Part shown: one piece after another, positions 1 to 12,100 of the stretch
Position numbering within the stretch: the stretch's first letter is position 1
Layout: each line of letters starts with the position of its first letter
From: the human T2T-CHM13v2.0 reference genome, Homo sapiens
DNA: 64,000 bases
Assembly (NCBI RefSeq): GCF_009914755.1
Contig: NC_060930.1
Reading direction: 5' to 3' (one strand)
The notes under the pieces: generated by a model
Told to the model about the DNA's origin: nothing
What the model saw: only the letters and a program-made list of their open reading frames with translations
Databases searched by the model: none
Position numbers and translations under genes: made by a program

Positions 1-419
1 GGACCATTTCTCTTGATAGAGCAGTTTTGAAACACTCTTTCTGTAGAATCTGCAAGTGGATAATTGGACCTCCTAGAGGCCTTCGTTGGAAATGGGATTT
101 CTTCATCTAAACCTACAGAGAAGAATTCTCAGTAACTTCTTCGGATGTGTGCATTCGACTCACAGAATGGAACATTCCCTTTGATAGAGCAGTTTTGAGA
201 CACCGTTTTTGTAGAATTCCCAAGTGGATATTTAGAGCACTTTGAAGTCTCTGCTAGAAAAGGAAACATCTTCATGTAAAAAGTAGATAGAATCGTTCTC
301 AGAAAGTGCTTAGTGACGTGTGCGTTCAACTCACAGAGTTTAACGTTTCTTTTGATAGAGCGTTTCTGAAACACCCTTCTTGTAGTAGCTGCAAGTGGAT
401 ATTTGGACCTATTGGAGGC

Positions 420-436
420 CTTCTTTGGAAACGGGA
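420..436 (+). other. Degenerate CENP-B box, shared by all HOR copies inspected
   Basis: cttctttggaaacggga: TTCG>TTCT destroys a core position. Confidence 0.85.
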
Positions 437-929
437 TTTCTTCATGTAACTCTAGATTGAAGAATTCTCAGAAACTCCTTTGTGATGTGTGCATTCAATT
501 CAAAGAGTGAAACCTCCCTTTTCACAGAGCAGTTTTGAAACACTGTTTTTGTAGGATTTCCAAGGGGATATTTATAGCGCATTGAGCCTACGGCGGAAAA
601 AGAAACATCTTCCTATAAAAACTAGACAGAATACTTCTCAGAATCTGCTTTGCGATGTGTGCGTTCAACTCACAGAGTAAAACTTTTCTTTTGATAGAGC
701 AGTTTTGAAACACTCTTTTTGAAGTATTTGCATGTGTATATTTAGAGCGCATTGAAGCCCACAGTAGAAAAGGAAATAACTTCACCTAAAACCTAGACAG
801 AAGCAATCTCAGAAACTACTTTGTGATGTGTACATTCAACTCACAGAGTGGAACTTTCCTCTTTATAGAGCAGTGTTGAAACACTCTTTTTGTAGAAACT
901 GCAAGTGGATATTTGGACCTCTTTGAGGC

Positions 930-946
930 CTTCGTTGGAAACGGGA
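930..946 (+). promoter_or_regulatory. CENP-B box (protein-binding site; recurs every HOR)
   Basis: cttcgttggaaacggga, exact canonical 17-mer. Confidence 0.95.
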
Positions 947-1269
947 TTTCTTCCTATAACCCTAGACAGAAGAATTTTCAGAAACCTCATTGTGATGTGT
1001 GCGTTCATCTCACAGAGTGGAGTCTTCTGTTTGATAGAGAAGTTTTGCAACCCTGTTCTTGTAGGATTTCCAAGTGGATATTTAGACCACTTTGAAGCCT
1101 ATGATAGAAAAGGAAACATCTTCATGGAAAACATAGATAGAATCATCCTCAGAAACAACTTTGTGATGTGTGCGTTGAACTCACAGTCTTTAACCTTTCT
1201 TTTGGTAGAGAAGTTTTGAAACACTCTCTTTGTAAAGTCTACAAGTGGATATTTTGAGCCCTTGGAGGC

Positions 1270-1286
1270 ATTCTTTGGAAAAGGGA
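1270..1286 (+). other. Degenerate CENP-B box, shared by all HOR copies inspected
   Basis: attctttggaaaaggga: both core CpGs lost. Confidence 0.8.
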
Positions 1287-1440
1287 ATGTCTTCACATAA
1301 AAGGCAGACGGAAGTGTTCTCAGAAACTGCTTTGTGATGTCTGTGTTCAACTCACAGAGTTTAACATTTCCTTTGATAGAGCGGTTTAGTAACCCTCTCT
1401 TTGTAGAATTTGGAAGTGTATACTAAGAGCGCTTTGAGGC

Positions 1441-1457
1441 CTATGGTAGAAAAGGAA
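1441..1457 (+). other. pJalpha-type (A-box) motif of A-type alphoid monomers, representative copy
   Basis: ctatggtagaaaaggaa sits at the monomer position where B-type monomers carry the CENP-B box; variants occur in 9 of the 18 monomers. Confidence 0.75.
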
Positions 1458-1611
1458 ATATCTTTCCATAAAAGCTAGACAGAAGCAATCTCAGAAACTC
1501 CTTTGTGATGTCTGCATTCAACTCACCGAGTGGAACATTCCTCTTGATAGAGCAGTTTGGAAACACTCTTTCTGTAGAATCAGCTTGTTTGTATTTGGAC
1601 CTCCTTGAGGC

Positions 1612-1628
1612 CTTCGTTGGAAACGGGT
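1612..1628 (+). promoter_or_regulatory. CENP-B box (recurs every HOR)
   Basis: cttcgttggaaacgggt; retains the nTTCGnnnnAnnCGGGn core. Confidence 0.92.
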
Positions 1629-1951
1629 TTTCATCTTATAAACCCAGACAGAAGAATTCTCAGAGTCTTCTTTGTGATGTGTGCTTTCAACTCACCGAGA
1701 TAAAGATTTCTCTTGATAGAGCAATTTGGAAACACTCTTTTTGTAGAATTTGCAAGGGTACATTGAGAGCGCTTTCAGGCCTATGGTAGAAAAGGGAATA
1801 TCTTTCCATAAAAGGTAGACAGAAGCAATCTCAGAAACTACTTTGTGATGTGTGCATTCAACTCACCGAGTGCAACGTTCCTCTTGACCGAGCAGTTTGG
1901 AAACATTGTTTCTGTAGAATCTGCAAGTGGATATTTGGACCTCTTTGAGGC

Positions 1952-1968
1952 CTTCGTTGGAAACGGGA
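1952..1968 (+). promoter_or_regulatory. CENP-B box (recurs every HOR)
   Basis: cttcgttggaaacggga. Confidence 0.95.
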
Positions 1969-2040
1969 TTTCTTCCTATAAACCCAGACAGAAGAATTCT
2001 CAGAGACTTCTTTGTGATGTGTGAATTCAACTCACAGTGT

Positions 2041-2046
2041 GGATCC
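2041..2046. other. BamHI site, one per HOR (would release a ~3.06-kb fragment)
   Basis: ggatcc in cagtgtggatccttcc, recurring at 3057-bp spacing; no other ggatcc noticed in the unit. Confidence 0.8.
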
Positions 2047-2291
2047 TTCCTTTTGATAGAGCAGTTTTGAAACCCTGTTTTTGTAGTATTTCCAAGCGGA
2101 TATTTGGAACGCCTTGAAGCGTATGGTAGAAAAGGAAATATCTTCCCATAAAACCTAGACAGAACCAATCTCAGAAACGACTTTGTGATGTCTGCATTCA
2201 ACTCACAGAGTTGAACATTTCTCTTGATAGAGCAGTTTTGAAACCCTCTTTCTGAAGGATCTGCAAGTGGATATTTGGAACTCCTTTGGGT

Positions 2292-2308
2292 CTTCGTTGG
2301 AAACGGGA
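2292..2308 (+). promoter_or_regulatory. CENP-B box (recurs every HOR)
   Basis: cttcgttggaaacggga. Confidence 0.95.
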
Positions 2309-2628
2309 TTTCTTCGTATAAATCTAGACAGAAGAATTCTCCGAAACTTCTTTGGTTGTGTGCATTCAAGTCACAGAGTGGAACCTTCCTTTGGATAGAG
2401 CAGTTTGAAACGCTGTGGTTGTAGTATTTCCAAGCGGATATTAGAGCGCCTTGAGGCCTATGGTAGAAAAGGAAATATCTTCCCATAAAACCTAGACGGA
2501 AGCAATCTCAGAAACTACTGTGTGATGGCTGCATTCCACACACACGGTGGAACATTTCTCTTGATAGAGCAGTTTTGAAACACTCTTTCTGTAGAATCTG
2601 CAAGTGGATAATTGGACCGCCTTGAGGC

Positions 2629-2645
2629 CTTCGTTGGAAACGGGA
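2629..2645 (+). promoter_or_regulatory. CENP-B box (recurs every HOR)
   Basis: cttcgttggaaacggga. Confidence 0.95.
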
Positions 2646-2797
2646 TTTCTTCATGTTACTCTAGATAGAAGAATTCTCAAACACTGCTATGTGATGTTTG
2701 CATTCAAGTCACAGAGTGCAACATTCCTCTTGGTAGAGCAGTTGGGAAACACTCCTTTTGTAGAATCTGCAATGGGATATTTGGACTTCTTTGAGGC

Positions 2798-2814
2798 CTT
2801 CGTTGGAAACGGGA
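2798..2814 (+). promoter_or_regulatory. CENP-B box in the monomer adjacent to the previous box (mutated in the copy at 15026)
   Basis: cttcgttggaaacggga, 169 bp after the 2629 box. Confidence 0.95.
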
Positions 2815-3137
2815 TTTCTTCGTATGAATCTAGACAGAAGAATTCTCAGAAACTTCCTTGTGATGTGTGCATTCAACTCAGTGAGTGGCACCTTCCTTTG
2901 GATACAGCAGTTTTGAAACACTGTTTTTGTAGTATTTCCAAGCGGATATTTAGAACGCCTTGAAGCCTATGCTAGAAATGGAAATAGCTCCCCATAAAAC
3001 CAAGACAGAAGCAATCTCAGAAACTAATGTGTGATGGCTGCATTCCACACACACGGTGGACCATTTCTCTTGATAGAGCAGTTTTGAAACACTCTTTCTG
3101 TAGAATCTGCAAGTGGATAATTGGACCTCCTAGAGGC

Positions 3138-3154
3138 CTTCGTTGGAAACGGGA
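3138..3154 (+). promoter_or_regulatory. CENP-B box (the homologous box at 81-97 is mutated)
   Basis: cttcgttggaaacggga. Confidence 0.95.
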
Positions 3155-6100
3155 TTTCTTCATCTAAACCTACAGAGAAGAATTCTCAGTAACTTCTTCG
3201 GATGTGTGCATTCGACTCACAGAATGGAACATTCCCTTTGATAGAGCAGTTTTGAGACACCGTTTTTGTAGAATTCCCAAGTGGATATTTAGAGCACTTT
3301 GAAGTCTCTGCTAGAAAAGGAAACATCTTCATGTAAAAAGTAGATAGAATCGTTCTCAGAAAGTGCTTAGTGACGTGTGCGTTCAACTCACAGAGTTTAA
3401 CGTTTCTTTTGATAGAGCGTTTCTGAAACACCCTTCTTGTAGTAGCTGCAAGTGGATATTTGGACCTATTGGAGGCCTTCTTTGGAAATGGGATTTCTTC
3501 ATGTAACTCTAGATTGAAGAATTCTCAGAAACTCCTTTGTGATGTGTGCATTCAATTCAAAGAGTGAAACCTCCCTTTTCACAGAGCAGTTTTGAAACAC
3601 TGTTTTTGTAGGATTTCCAAGGGGATATTTATAGCGCATTGAGCCTACGGCGGAAAAAGAAACATCTTCCTATAAAAACTAGACAGAATACTTCTCAGAA
3701 TCTGCTTTGCGATGTGTGCGTTCAACTCACAGAGTAAAACTTTTCTTTTGATAGAGCAGTTTTGAAACACTCTTTTTGTAGTATTTGCATGTGTATATTT
3801 AGAGCGCATTGAAGCCCACAGTAGAAAAGGAAATAACTTCACCTAAAACCTAGACAGAAGCAATCTCAGAAACTACTTTGTGATGTGTACATTCAACTCA
3901 CAGAGTGGAACTTTCCTCTTTATAGAGCAGTGTTGAAACACTCTTTTTGTAGAAACTGCAAGTGGATATTTGGACCTCTTTGAGGCCTTCGTTGGAAACG
4001 GGATTTCTTCCTATAACCCTAGACAGAAGAATTTTCAGAAACCTCATTGTGATGTGTGCGTTCATCTCACAGAGTGGAGTCTTCCGTTTGATAGAGAAGT
4101 TTTGAAACCCTGTTCTTGTAGGATTTCCAAGTGGATATTTAGACCACTTTGAAGCCTATGATAGAAAAGGAAACATCTTCATGGAAAACATAGATAGAAT
4201 CATCCTCAGAAACAACTTTGTGATGTGTGCGTTGAACTCACCGTCTTTAACCTTTCTTTTGGTAGAGAAGTTTTGAAACACTCTCTTTGTAAAGTCTACA
4301 AGTGGATATTTTGAGCCCTTGGAGGCATTCTTTGGAAAAGGGAATGTCTTCACATAAAAGGCAGACAGAAGTGTTCTCAGAAACTGCTTTGTGATGTCTG
4401 TGTTCAACTCACAGAGTTTAACATTTCCTTTGATAGAGCGGTTTAGTAACCCTCTCTTTGTAGAATTTGGAAGTGTATACTAAGAGCGTTATGAGGCCTA
4501 TGGTAGAAAAGGAAATATCTTTCCATAAAAGCTAGACAGAAGCAATCTCAGAAACTCCTTTGTGATGTCTGCATTCAACTCACCGAGTGGAACATTCCTC
4601 TTGAGAGAGCAGTTTGGAAACACTCTTTCTGTAGAATCAGCTTGTTTGTATTTGGACCTCCTTGAGGCCTTCGTTGGAAACGGGTTTTCATCTTATAAAC
4701 CCAGACAGAAGAATTCTCAGAGTCTTCTTTGTGATGTGTGCTTTCAACTCACCGAGATAAAGATTTCTCTTGATAGAGCAATTTGGAAACACTCTTTTTG
4801 TAGAATTTGCAAGGGTACATTGAGAGCGCTTTCAGGCCTATGGTAGAAAAGGGAATATCTTTCCATAAAAGGTAGACAGAAGCAATCTCAGAAACTACTT
4901 TGTGATGTGTGTATTCAACTCACCGAGTGCAACGTTCCTCTTGACCGAGCAGTTTGGAAACATTGTTTCTGTAGAATCTGCAAGTGGATATTTGGACCTC
5001 TTTGAGGCCTTCGTTGGAAACGGGATTTCTTCCTATAAACCCAGACAGAAGAATTCTCAGAGACTTCTTTGTGATGTGTGAATTCAACTCACAGTGTGGA
5101 TCCTTCCTTTTGATAGAGCAGTTTTGAAACCCTGTTTTTGTAGTATTTCCAAGCGGATATTTGGAACGCCTTGAAGCGTATGGTAGAAAAGGAAATATCT
5201 TCCCATAAAACCTAGACAGAACCAATCTCAGAAACGACTTTGTGATGTCTGCATTCAAGTCACAGAGTTGAACATTTCTCTTGATAGAGCAGTTTTGAAA
5301 CCCTCTTTCTGAAGGATCTGCAAGTGGATATTTGGAACTCCTTTGGGTCTTCGTTGGAAACGGGATTTCTTCGTATAAATCTAGACAGAAGAATTCTCCG
5401 AAACTTCTTTGGTTGTGTGCATTCAAGTCACAGAGTGGAACCTTCCTTTGGATAGAGCAGTTTGAAACGCCGTGGTTGTAGTATTTCCAAGCGGATATTA
5501 GAGCGCCTTGAGGCCTATGGTAGAAAAGGAAATATCTTCCCATAAAACCTAGACGGAAGCAATCTCAGAAACTACTGTGTGATGGCTGCATTCCACACAC
5601 ACGGTGGAACATTTCTCTTGATAGAGCAGTTTTGAAACACTCTTTCTGTAGAATCTGCAAGTGGATAATTGGACCGCCTTGAGGCCTTCGTTGGAAACGG
5701 GATTTCTTCATGTTACTCTAGATAGAAGAATTCTCAAACACTGCTATGTGATGTTTGCATTCAAGTCACAGAGTGCAACATTCCTCTTGGTAGAGCAGTT
5801 GGGAAACACTCCTTTTGTAGAATCTGCAATGGGATATTTGGACTTCTTTGAGGCCTTCGTTGGAAACGGGATTTCTTCGTATGAATCTAGACAGAAGAAT
5901 TCTCAGAAACTTCCTTGTGATGTGTGCATTCAACTCAGCGAGTGGCACCTTCCTTTGGATACAGCAGTTTTGAAACACTGTTTTTGTAGTATTTCCAAGC
6001 GGATATTTAGAGCGCCTTGAAGCCTATGCTAGAAATGGAAATAGCTCCCCATAAAACCAAGACAGAAGCAATCTCAGAAACTAATGTGTGATGGCTGCAT

Positions 6101-9100
6101 TCCACACACACGGTGGACCATTTCTCTTGATAGAGCAGTTTTGAAACACTCTTTCTGTAGAATCTGCAAGTGGATAATTGGACCTCCTAGAGGCCTTCGT
6201 TGGAAACGGGATTTCTTCATCTAAACCTACAGAGAAGAATTCTCAGTAACTTCTTCGGATGTGTGCATTCGACTCACAGAATGGAACATTCCCTTTGATA
6301 GAGCAGTTTTGAGACACCGTTTTTGTAGAATTCCCAAGTGGATATTTAGAGCACTTTGAAGTCTCTGCTAGAAAAGGAAACATCTTCATGTAAAAAGTAG
6401 ATAGAATCGTTCTCAGAAAGTGCTTAGTGACGTGTGCGTTCAACTCACAGAGTTTAACGTTTCTTTTGATAGAGCGTTTCTGAAACACCCTTCTTGTAGT
6501 AGCTGCAAGTGGATATTTGGACCTATTGGAGGCCTTCTTTGGAAACGGGATTTCTTCATGTAACTCTAGATTGAAGAATTCTCAGAAACTCCTTTGTGAT
6601 GTGTGCATTCAATTCAAAGAGTGAAACCTCCCTTTTCACAGAGCAGTTTTGAAACACTGTTTTTGTAGGATTTCCAAGGGGATATTTATAGCGCATTGAG
6701 CCTACGGCGGAAAAAGAAACATCTTCCTATAAAAACTAGACAGAATACTTCTCAGAATCTGCTTTGCGATGTGTGCGTTCAACTCACAGAGTAAAACTTT
6801 TCTTTTGATAGAGCAGTTTTGAAACACTCTTTTTGTAGTATTTGCATGTGTATATTTAGAGCGCGTTGAAGCCCACAGTAGAAAAGGAAATAACTTCACA
6901 TAAAACCTAGACAGAAGCAATCTCAGAAACTACTTTGTGATGTGTACATTCAACTCACAGAGTGGAACTTTCCTCTTTATAGAGCAGTGTTGAAACACTC
7001 TTTTTGTAGAAACTGCAAGTGGATATTTGGACCTCTTTGAGGCCTTCGTTGGAAACGGGATTTCTTCCTATAACCCTAGACAGAAGAATTTTCAGAAACC
7101 TCATTGTGATGTGTGCGTTCATCTCACAGAGTGGAGTCTTCCGTTTGATAGAGAAGTTTTGCAACCCTGTTCTTGTAGGATTTCCAAGTGGATATTTAGA
7201 CCACTTTGAAGCCTATGATAGAAAAGGAAACATCTTCATGGAAAACATAGATAGAATCATCCTCAGAAACAACTTTGTGATGTGTGCGTTGAACTCACAG
7301 TCTTTAACCTTTCTTTTGGTAGAGAAGTTTTGAAACACTCTCTTTGTAAAGTCTACAAGTGGATATTTTGAGCCCTTGGAGGCATTCTTTGGAAAAGGGA
7401 ATGTCTTCACATAAAAGGCAGACGGAAGTGTTCTCAGAAACTGCTTTGTGATGTCTGTGTTCAACTCACAGAGTTTAACATTTCCTTTGATAGAGCGGTT
7501 TAGTAACCCTCTCTTTGTAGAATTTGGAAGTGTATACTAAGAGCGCTTTGAGGCCTATGGTAGAAAAGGAAATATCTTTCCATAAAAGCTAGACAGAAGC
7601 AATCTCAGAAACTCCTTTGTGATGTCTGCATTCAACTCACCGAGTGGAACATTCCTCTTGATAGAGCAGTTTGGAAACACTCTTTCTGTAGAATCAGCTT
7701 GTTTGTATTTGGACCTCCTTGAGGCCTTCGTTGGAAACGGGTTTTCATCTTATAAACCCAGACAGAAGAATTCTCAGAGTCTTCTTTGTGATGTGTGCTT
7801 TCAACTCACCGAGATAAAGATTTCTCTTGATAGAGCAATTTGGAAACACTCTTTTTGTAGAATTTGCAAGGGTACATTGAGAGCGCTTTCAGGCCTATGG
7901 TAGAAAAGGGAATATCTTTCCATAAAAGGTAGACAGAAGCAATCTCAGAAACTACTTTGTGATGTGTGTATTCAACTCACCGAGTGCAACGTTCCTCTTG
8001 ACCGAGCAGTTTGGAAACATTGTTTCTGTAGAATCTGCAAGTGGATATTTGGACCTCTTTGAGGCCTTCGTTGGAAACGGGATTTCTTCCTATAAACCCA
8101 GACAGAAGAATTCTCAGAGACTTCTTTGTGATGTGTGAATTCAACTCACAGTGTGGATCCTTCCTTTTGATAGAGCAGTTTTGAAACCCTGTTTTTGTAG
8201 TATTTCCAAGCGGATATTTGGAACGCCTTGAAGCGTATGGTAGAAAAGGAAATATCTTCCCATAAAACCTAGACAGAACCAATCTCAGAAACGACTTTGT
8301 GATGTCTGCATTCAAGTCACAGAGTTGAACATTTCTCTTGATAGAGCAGTTTTGAAACCCTCTTTCTGAAGGATCTGCAAGTGGATATTTGGAACTCCTT
8401 TGGGTCTTCGTTGGAAACGGGATTTCTTCGTATAAATCTAGACAGAAGAATTCTCCGAAACTTCTTTGGTTGTGTGCATTCAAGTCACAGAGTGGAACCT
8501 TCCTTTGGATAGAGCAGTTTGAAACGCTGTGGTTGTAGTATTTCCAAGCGGATATTAGAGCGCCTTGAGGCCTATGGTAGAAAAGGAAATATCTTCCCAT
8601 AAAACCTAGACGGAAGCAATCTCAGAAACTACTGTGTGATGGCTGCATTCCACACACACGGTGGAACATTTCTCTTGATAGAGCAGTTTTGAAACACTCT
8701 TTCTGTAGAATCTGCAAGTGGATAATTGGACCGCCTTGAGGCCTTCGTTGGAAACGGGATTTCTTCATGTTACTCTAGATAGAAGAATTCTCAAACACTG
8801 CTATGTGATGTTTGCATTCAAGTCACAGAGTGCAACATTCCTCTTGGTAGAGCAGTTGGGAAACACTCCTTTTGTAGAATCTGCAATGGGATATTTGGAC
8901 TTCTTTGAGGCCTTCGTTGGAAACGGGATTTCTTCGTATGAATCTAGACAGAAGAATTCTCAGAAACTTCCTTGTGATGTGTGCATTCAACTCAGCGAGT
9001 GGCACCTTCCTTTGGATACAGCAGTTTTGAAACACTGTTTTTGTAGTATTTCCAAGCGGATATTTAGAGCGCCTTGAAGCCTATGCTAGAAATGGAAATA

Positions 9101-12100
9101 GCTCCCCATAAAACCAAGACAGAAGCAATCTCAGAAACTAATGTGTGATGGCTGCATTCCACACACACGGTGGACCATTTCTCTTGATAGAGCAGTTTTG
9201 AAACACTCTTTCTGTAGAATCTGCAAGTGGATAATTGGACCTCCTAGAGGCCTTCGTTGGAAACGGGATTTCTTCATCTAAACCTACAGAGAAGAATTCT
9301 CAGTAACTTCTTCGGATGTGTGCATTCGACTCACAGAATGGAACATTCCCTTTGATAGAGCAGTTTTGAGACACCGTTTTTGTAGAATTCCCAAGTGGAT
9401 ATTTAGAGCACTTTGAAGTCTCTGCTAGAAAAGGAAACATCTTCATGTAAAAAGTAGATAGAATCGTTCTCAGAAAGTGCTTAGTGACGTGTGCGTTCAA
9501 CTCACAGAGTTTAACGTTTCTTTTGATAGAGCGTTTCTGAAACACCCTTCTTGTAGTAGCTGCAAGTGGATATTTGGACCTATTGGAGGCCTTCTTTGGA
9601 AACGGGATTTCTTCATGTAACTCTAGATTGAAGAATTCTCAGAAACTCCTTTGTGATGTGTGCATTCAATTCAAAGAGTGAAACCTCCCTTTTCACAGAG
9701 CAGTTTTGAAACACTGTTTTTGTAGGATTTCCAAGGGGATATTTATAGCGCATTGAGCCTACGGCGGAAAAAGAAACATCTTCCTATAAAAACTAGACAG
9801 AATACTTCTCAGAATCTGCTTTGCGATGTGTGCGTTCAACTCACAGAGTAAAACTTTTCTTTTGATAGAGCAGTTTTGAAACACTCTTTTTGTAGTATTT
9901 GCATGTGTATATTTAGAGCGCGTTGAAGCCCACAGTAGAAAAGGAAATAACTTCACCTAAAACCTAGACAGAAGCAATCTCAGAAACTACTTTGTGATGT
10001 GTACATTCAACTCACAGAGTGGAACTTTCCTCTTTATAGAGCAGTGTTGAAACACTCTTTTTGTAGAAACTGCAAGTGGATATTTGGACCTCTTTGAGGC
10101 CTTCGTTGGAAACGGGATTTCTTCCTATAACCCTAGACAGAAGAATTTTCAGAAACCTCATTGTGATGTGTGCGTTCATCTCACAGAGTGGAGTCTTCCG
10201 TTTGATAGAGAAGTTTTGAAACCCTGTTCTTGTAGGATTTCCAAGTGGATATTTAGACCACTTTGAAGCCTATGATAGAAAAGGAAACATCTTCATGGAA
10301 AACATAGATAGAATCATCCTCAGAAACAACTTTGTGATGTGTGCGTTGAACTCACAGTCTTTAACCTTTCTTTTGGTAGAGAAGTTTTGAAACACTCTCT
10401 TTGTAAAGTCTACAAGTGGATATTTTGAGCCCTTGGAGGCATTCTTTGGAAAAGGGAATGTCTTCACATAAAAGGCAGACGGAAGTGTTCTCAGAAACTG
10501 CTTTGTGATGTCTGTGTTCAACTCACAGAGTTTAACATTTCCTTTGATAGAGCGGTTTAGTAACCCTCTCTTTGTAGAATTTGGAAGTGTATACTAAGAG
10601 CGCTTTGAGGCCTATGGTAGAAAAGGAAATATCTTTCCATAAAAGCTAGACAGAAGCAATCTCAGAAACTCCTTTGTGATGTCTGCATTCAACTCACCGA
10701 GTGGAACATTCCTCTTGATAGAGCAGTTTGGAAACACTCTTTCTGTAGAATCAGCTTGTTTGTATTTGGACCTCCTTGAGGCCTTCGTTGGAAACGGGTT
10801 TTCATCTTATAAACCCAGACAGAAGAATTCTCAGAGTCTTCTTTGTGATGTGTGCTTTCAACTCACCGAGATAAAGATTTCTCTTGATAGAGCAATTTGG
10901 AAACACTCTTTTTGTAGAATTTGCAAGGGTACATTGAGAGCGCTTTCAGGCCTATGGTAGAAAAGGGAATATCTTTCCATAAAAGGTAGACAGAAGCAAT
11001 CTCAGAAACTACTTTGTGATGTGTGTATTCAACTCACCGAGTGCAACGTTCCTCTTGACAGAGCAGTTTGGAAACATTGTTTCTGTAGAATCTGCAAGTG
11101 GATATTTGGACCTCTTTGAGGCCTTCGTTGGAAACGGGATTTCTTCCTATAAACCCAGACAGAAGAATTCTCAGAGACTTCTTTGTGATGTGTGAATTCA
11201 ACTCACAGTGTGGATCCTTCCTTTTGATAGAGCAGTTTTGAAACCCTGTTTTTGTAGTATTTCCAAGCGGATATTTGGAACGCCTTGAAGCGTATGGTAG
11301 AAAAGGAAATATCTTCCCATAAAACCTAGACAGAACCAATCTCAGAAACGACTTTGTGATGTCTGCATTCAAGTCACAGAGTTGAACATTTCTCTTGATA
11401 GAGCAGTTTTGAAACCCTCTTTCTGAAGGATCTGCAAGTGGATATTTGGAACTCCTTTGGGTCTTCGTTGGAAACGGGATTTCTTCGTATAAATCTAGAC
11501 AGAAGAATTCTCCGAAACTTCTTTGGTTGTGTGCATTCAAGTCACAGAGTGGAACCTTCCTTTGGATAGAGCAGTTTGAAACGCTGTGGTTGTAGTATTT
11601 CCAAGCGGATATTAGAGCGCCTTGAGGCCTATGGTAGAAAAGGAAATATCTTCCCATAAAACCTAGACGGAAGCAATCTCAGAAACTACTGTGTGATGGC
11701 TGCATTCCACACACACGGTGGAACATTTCTCTTGATAGAGCAGTTTTGAAACACTCTTTCTGTAGAATCTGCAAGTGGATAATTGGACCGCCTTGAGGCC
11801 TTCGTTGGAAACGGGATTTCTTCATGTTACTCTAGATAGAAGAATTCTCAAACACTGCTATGTGATGTTTGCATTCAAGTCACAGAGTGCAACATTCCTC
11901 TTGGTAGAGCAGTTGGGAAACACTCCTTTTGTAGAATCTGCAATGGGATATTTGGACTTCTTTGAGGCCTTCGTTGGAAACGGGATTTCTTCGTATGAAT
12001 CTAGACAGAAGAATTCTCAGAAACTTCCTTGTGATGTGTGCATTCAACTCAGCGAGTGGCACCTTCCTTTGGATACAGCAGTTTTGAAACACTGTTTTTG

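Larger units (their letters stand above)
1..3057 (+). repeat. One HOR unit (arbitrary phase), 18 alphoid monomers
   Basis: 18 box-position motifs at about 81(B), 250(A), 420(B, degenerate), 588(A), 760(A), 930(B), 1098(A), 1270(B, degenerate), 1441(A), 1612(B), 1781(A), 1952(B), 2121(A), 2292(B), 2458(A), 2629(B), 2798(B), 2967(A). B = CENP-B-box type, A = pJalpha type. Confidence 0.95.

Noticed and set aside
1863-2486. 207-aa minus-strand ORF and the other 60-130-aa ORFs, repeated in every HOR
   Set aside because: They are chance open frames in alphoid DNA. The peptides repeat internally with monomer periodicity (FQNCSIKR, CELNAHIT), many begin at non-ATG codons, none resembles a protein family I recognise, and their conservation simply mirrors near-identity of the HORs.
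2537-2545. Short (CA)n run cacacacac, twice per HOR
   Set aside because: Only ~4 units, invariant among the copies inspected; it is a monomer-specific variant of caactcac and is used only as a marker of the internal duplication.
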